NCBI GenBank assembly: GCA_965287045.1
Contig: OZ336879.1
Location: forward strand, 72,974,001 to 73,038,000
Direction of reading: 5' to 3'
DNA: 64,000 nucleotides
DNA from: Carcharhinus amblyrhynchos
Lineage: Eukaryota
Part shown: piece by piece, positions 61,801 to 64,000 of the stretch
Layout of the letters: each line of letters begins with the position of its first letter
Position numbering within the stretch: the stretch's first letter is position 1
Notes under the pieces: model-generated
What the model was told of the DNA's origin: nothing
Databases searched by the model: none
Seen by the model: only the letters and a program-made list of their open reading frames with translations
Program-made: the position numbers and the translations under genes

Positions 61801-64000
61801 ATTGGGAAACTTCCTTAATCGCTTCTGGTGCTTGTTCCAATTGATCTTTATCCCGGGGTTTGTTTTGTCACGAATATGCTTTCCCAGATGATTAATATTT
61901 GGGTCAAACATTATCATGAACTCACGGCTCAATATTATCGGGATGTCTGTAATATGGTAAACGGAGTTGAAGCCAAGTCCAAATTTGCCGACTTTGTCAA
62001 CCTCACTCCTTTTCAGCGATCCACCTAACCTGGTTATGTTTACAAAGTCTGAATCGGTGAAATCGGAGTTGTTGAACGACCACAGGGCAGGTCCATGGCA
62101 CACTGCCATGCCTGGATCGAGAAGGTTTTCACGGATATCTGCATTTCTTCGCATGTCAATCAGGAAGCTGCATTCAGATGCCTCGGCGTCATCTGCATTT
62201 TGCAGCAGCTCCTTAAAGATGTCCGCCACCGATGGGTATTCCTCAAGAATGTTCCTGATGCGTACTGTGAGTGGCTCTCTTTGTCCAGACTGCTCAAAGC
62301 CCAGGTTCTCCGGGTTAATGAGCCTGGTACTAAGGCATGGAACTTGCAGTGCTTGGGCCATTTTCATAGGGATATCCTCATGTACCAAGTGGATGGGTTC
62401 TAAGGAATCATCAAGCAAGTCATTAAGATCATCTACTTTAATGTCACAGTAGCTACAATTGTGAATGGGTTCCATCACCAACCTGTTGGGATCTTTACTA
62501 TAATGGACAGGTATTGGAGTATCAAGATTGACCGTGATCTGATTACTGTATAACCACCTTAAGATGTTCAGAACCAGAAGTAGGTTTTGCTTATTTTCCT
62601 GCTCACTGATTTCATCAACACACTGCTGTTTGATACTCTTGATAATACTGAAGATGTATTCGCTATTTATTTCTTCTAGTGCTCCAAAAAATGTAAACAA
62701 TTTGTGATATTTTGCCATGGTTTTGGGGAGGATATATAGATAAGGCTCGAGATCAAGATCTTGAATTGGTTTTATCGCGACTTGTTCAGGGACAGTAAAG
62801 ACTTTGCCTGTCCAAACCCAGGGAAACGTCAAGGATTTGAATCCTTCTTTACCTTTGGTCAGGTGGCCCTGCATGTACTCATAGATATCGAGCAAGAAAT
62901 GTTGAAACTGGTACCATTCATCGTCATTGAAGTCCTTGGAGGTGTGCCAATCAACAACATTTTTCAAGTGCCCTAGCACCTTACTCAAACTGGGCTCCGT
63001 GGAAAAACCCAACAATTTTCTCACTTCCAAAGAGATGTCCTCCACAAGGGGCACTGCAGAGCCCAACAACACAGCTTCAGACACATCTCGCATTTCACAT
63101 GCCTTGTGAAAAGTTAATACATCTCCTTTCCAAGCTAGGGATTGGGGATAATTCAGAGGACGTTTCTTGCAAACTGGAACCCATTTTAACTTCTGCATCG
63201 CTGCCCTTGTTTCCGCTGAAATCAGCAAACCCTTCTGCCTATGCAGAATGGTAAGCAAGGTTTTCGCTTTTCTGACTAGCAGCTCTTGCTTGACTTTGCC
63301 ACTGCTCTGCAGCGCTTCGATTCTCTTGGCCACTTGTACAACTTCCTTCTCGCTTAACTGCTCTTCGTTTTTCAGGCCTATCTGTCTTAGGGCATGTAAG
63401 ATGTCTGGAGTTGAGGTAAAGCTGTCGGGTGGAAAAAATGTTTTCTCGTCGGCATAGAACAAGTTCTGTAACATTTCAATTTCAGGATCAAATAATTCAT
63501 TAGCAGACATCAATCTCCCCTGAGAAATAGAAATGAATTTCAAAGACTTTAGCCATTCAACAAACAGAACATTTTCATCCTTAAGGAAAGCTAAATTGAT
63601 GAGAATCCAAATCACAATATCTGTGACATCCTTACTGGAGTAAAAGCTTTTTTCAATATCTTGCAATATAATCTTTAGGCAGTCCGTACTTTTCAATTGT
63701 TGAATCTTTAATAAGGTAACTAGCCGAATAGAAGCTTCATCACTGCAACTTACCACCGGAACGGAGAGCCGTATGTCAGGTGGAAGTTTTGCTGTGTGAT
63801 GCAAGACTTTACTGCCTTTCAGTGCAATAAAACTTCTGCTGCTTTTTTCAGAAGCTGGTTCAACCTTGTTAAAGATCATCAGCTCCTGAAGAATTTTCTT
63901 ATCTCGCTCATTCACTTCTGGCAAGCTAGCTAAGAAAGATCTCAATGCGACTTTGTGTGTTGGAGGTAGTAACATAACCTGACTGAAAATCTTTTGTGAA
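52900..64000 (-). CDS. SACS: Sacsin, giant terminal coding exon (5'-partial; frame is open to the window end)
   Basis: >3690 codons without a stop; two Hsp90-like HATPase sacsin repeats ([40 protein letters not shown]), J domain ([12 protein letters not shown]), C-terminal HEPN ([19 protein letters not shown]...TRYPD); the ATG at 63975 is internal (SQKIFSQV precedes it in frame). Confidence 0.98.
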   Translation of the reverse strand, partial: SQKIFSQVMLLPPTHKVALRSFLASLPEVNERDKKILQELMIFNKVEPASEKSSRSFIALKGSKVLHHTAKLPPDIRLSVPVVSCSDEASIRLVTLLKIQQLKSTDCLKIILQDIEKSFYSSKDVTDIVIWILINLAFLKDENVLFVEWLKSLKFISISQGRLMSANELFDPEIEMLQNLFYADEKTFFPPDSFTSTPDILHALRQIGLKNEEQLSEKEVVQVAKRIEALQSSGKVKQELLVRKAKTLLTILHRQKGLLISAETRAAMQKLKWVPVCKKRPLNYPQSLAWKGDVLTFHKACEMRDVSEAVLLGSAVPLVEDISLEVRKLLGFSTEPSLSKVLGHLKNVVDWHTSKDFNDDEWYQFQHFLLDIYEYMQGHLTKGKEGFKSLTFPWVWTGKVFTVPEQVAIKPIQDLDLEPYLYILPKTMAKYHKLFTFFGALEEINSEYIFSIIKSIKQQCVDEISEQENKQNLLLVLNILRWLYSNQITVNLDTPIPVHYSKDPNRLVMEPIHNCSYCDIKVDDLNDLLDDSLEPIHLVHEDIPMKMAQALQVPCLSTRLINPENLGFEQSGQREPLTVRIRNILEEYPSVADIFKELLQNADDAEASECSFLIDMRRNADIRENLLDPGMAVCHGPALWSFNNSDFTDSDFVNITRLGGSLKRSEVDKVGKFGLGFNSVYHITDIPIILSREFMIMFDPNINHLGKHIRDKTNPGIKINWNKHQKRLRKFPNQFRPFVNVFGCDLPLTIEKPFCYLGTLFRLPFRVEEEALVSEISSVYYNKADIYSLVDEFSLCGHRLILFSQNVNTMLLKYLKADEADPSQAQTIISMKKTICSSKAVSTPMNILKEAAKLMKTLASTRQLPSEAPRCACIVQIVVDEFFQVFRKIADLQSPLFRGPEDEATPFFEASAKPAQSGKVNEEAAPKVTESTTWLICSCMDTGEALVFSLQEGGRRLGLVPCGAVSVLLSETEDKKWSIKTNGSAYGEVFCYLPLRIKTGLPVHINGCFAVSSNRKEIWKTDTKGRWNMIFMRHVIVQAYLEALAVLRDMAVNAELVDYNYYTLWPDIALVHDDFAVVWQGLYEDIAKGRGNKLTEVFSDGTSWVSIKSIRFLDDALLHRPVVGPLAFKILLKFLKKAEPQPLCAVELPSWVRAGFEEAGCKNILLENTFSEKQFFTEAFFPYIEEIEAELRDPLMLYVLDEKVLELSAFLRVTRCVPSSGEHQQLSVPSRLIHPEGRVAKLYDASDGRFPSGTTQDYLNPVRLVKLVQLGMIKDDISWEDLLERAESVAVLNQSDHAAACHRSSIILSLIEEKVKFRDHRSKDFAERFQSIPFLPFLKKPPGFCLHWKGNDYQPETMFAAKDVYTAEHQEVVCLLHPILNENPPSKGCGPLSSGVKDLFGLLKKPPILVVLDQLKKVATSLDGITLCQESITNACYKYLHEAMLKNEAARSQINEELQNFNFVLVENTYVESAKVAFHLNFDATPYLHQLPNKYRNNFREFFEKLGVQSSFSVEDFASVLQVLKTECAQEPLSESNFQLCRRIISEGVWGLIREKNRDYCKRKYGTLLLPDGERFLVPAKSLCYNDCPWIRVSDKSVKYCHPDIPREVAVKLGALPKRHKALERYASNICFATLGSEFGQKEKLTSRIKSILNAYPSEKEMLKELLQNADDAKATEIYFIFDPRQHPGDRIFDEKWAPLQGPAICVYNNQPFTEDDIRGIQNLGRGTKEGNPGKTGQYGIGFNSVYHITDCPAFISDNDVLCIFDPHARYAPGSTNVSPGRMFRDLDSDFRTQFTDVLNPFLGNLFKLENATMFRFPVRNAEMAKMSEICQVPVSDQMVQNLLDKLRSDGAELLMFLNHMEKISICDIEKTTGNLNVLYSVKAKITDGDRLKRKQFHASVLDSVNKRKQLSQIPVHQITYTMDIEDSEGNLTTWLVCNRSGFPNIEKVSKTVISAHKNEDITLFPRGGVAACISHNYKKPYRAFCFLPLSLETGLPVHVNGHFALDSARRNLWRDDNGVGVRSDWNNNLMTTLIAPAYVELLVQIRKRYFLGSDPAITVLQNTPTHVLKDLMKKFMTFFAANKPDIQPDWYCLVRSVYCCLHEDLKRLLPVVRIPNADSGELQPTIFISWVNTSVTNRNRSFFDNLLQDELQHMKNTEYNIAVRKTIAENVYRLKNLLLDIGFNLVYSSDETSNIYHCFKESGIPVQYVTPADVREFLHSFTSPDSSCHLGKLPNRLHQTTLKLFHNLKLLVDYCFKDSEENEIRVEGLPLLLTLDNVLQVFDAKRPKFLTTYHELIPSRKELFMNTLYMKYNNILLNCGVAKAFDISSFAELLSFVLPRDYRTRSVVKWKDNFGSESWLKNCWHFISDAISVKEGEAEIRPTFETITEVLKDWALLPGTKFTISSNRMLVPESDVLVPLSLMNVSIYPNVQNDKVFNVLMKAGCIQLALSKICSKENILVSQLALHMANVESPESILKALDYMIRTATLRTDHLSDNDFEVLLTYFNSNLKQLTAQDDIRILKSLPCYKAISGNYVSILKYGSCFVLTKSIPLTGIDRWALSASYAFLADNPHLKDLFAFLGCTPIDDLEVYLKHLLPKFENLSSSAKVEHLVHLKKKLTNLDEGTPIRDQLFEKLEGLAIIPDSSHRLKATKNFYDRTESVFQVMLPENAFISQDFFRKLEQVEKPKNRAAFLTSWITFFRNIGLKYTVSQQQLLQFAKEIGTHSQSENWSKETIQNKVDVLLNHIFQERTDLFSGNFLKDLSLIPFIYPERAPADLLKLHPQFQELNGILPLIRFSGSQVSPKFKQSDVMQLLWTSCPILPEKAIPSSVKEQEDSKLGNQEQVEEVLAMLNVSLDPPPDKVISNCKNICNIASPEDDMIKTRVKVLRSTYEFLNAEKKDFRFHLRGVAFVMVEDGWKLLKPEEVVINLENESDFKPYLYKLPLELGTFHQLFKLLGTEDVVSTKQYVEVLGRIFKISEGKQLEPNEMRTVKRVVSGLFKSLQNDPVKVRIDLDNVRELGLHLPSNDGRLAKSNILVFDDAPHYKSRMQGNVGVLMLVDLSQCYLGKDHAFHTKLIMLLPSKLRPRLLSGILEEILDEETPKICQFGALCSLQGRLQLLLSSEQFITGLIRIMKHENDNAYLANEEKASRLCKALREGLKVSCFEKLQTSLRVKGCSPIPHSRSETLAFLKRYGNAVIHLYIQHAESKDINFLLALAMTLKTATDNLILDTSYLIAMLGCNDIYRINEKLDNLGVKYDSSTVPSKLELPLPGTPIPAEIHYLLLMDPLNVFYPGEYVGYLVDAEGGDIYGSYQPTYTYAIIVQEVEREGDENSSFLGKYFQIDIGYSEYKIVSSLDLYKFSRPDESSQGRDSTPTTPTSPTECLSPGLRPIPPHFPGRESHRVPTSKHQSPRKIKLHALPEILREVTAVLEQAWRLPEPERKKIIRRLYLKWHPDKNAENLEIATEVFKHLQNEINRLEKQGLGGSEFGSDRASRRTYSSSSARFQSEKFSFQRFYTSWNQEATSHKSDRQHFKGRFASAPGSSHSSRFFVPPTYKTVGNPIEARRWLRQARANFSAARNDLHKNANEWVCFKCYLAAKLALIAAEYAVKGKSDKDVKPAALAQKVEEYSQSLVGLATDVNTLEAYGVDGLRTRYPDLLPFPLIPNDKFTSEVAMRVMECTARIIIKLENFIQQKL

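Noticed and set aside
52864-63457. Many + strand ORFs up to 215 aa overlapping SACS
   Set aside because: Antisense shadows of a long coding exon with no recognisable domains

Overview
Vertebrate genomic DNA, almost certainly a shark or other elasmobranch, judged from the HE1-type V-SINEs, HER1/CR1 LINEs and Penelope-type repeats. Two convergent genes are present. On the + strand are the last two coding exons of gamma-sarcoglycan (SGCG; 27220-27343 and 34499-34672), both missed by the ORF track. On the - strand is about 11.1 kb of the giant terminal coding exon of sacsin (SACS; 52900 to beyond the window end). This tail-to-tail order matches human 13q12. The rest is SGCG intron and intergenic DNA densely filled with CR1 LINEs, two tRNA-headed SINE families, a second CR1/L2-group LINE, Harbinger relics and MITEs, Penelope-like fold-back elements carrying minimal hammerhead ribozyme motifs, a 41-bp G-rich minisatellite and one assembly gap. 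Three observations stand out. (1) A ~320-bp poly(A)-tailed retroposon with a U2 snRNA head and further U2-like internal pieces, inserted into a Penelope element (37898-38215). (2) A young CR1 whose 3'UTR holds a splice acceptor, a hairpin array and a promoter-dead V-SINE, with a second diverged copy of that module elsewhere in the window. (3) Hammerhead-bearing Penelope palindromes. Repeat family names come from remembered consensus motifs, repeat boundaries are approximate, and no database search was run.
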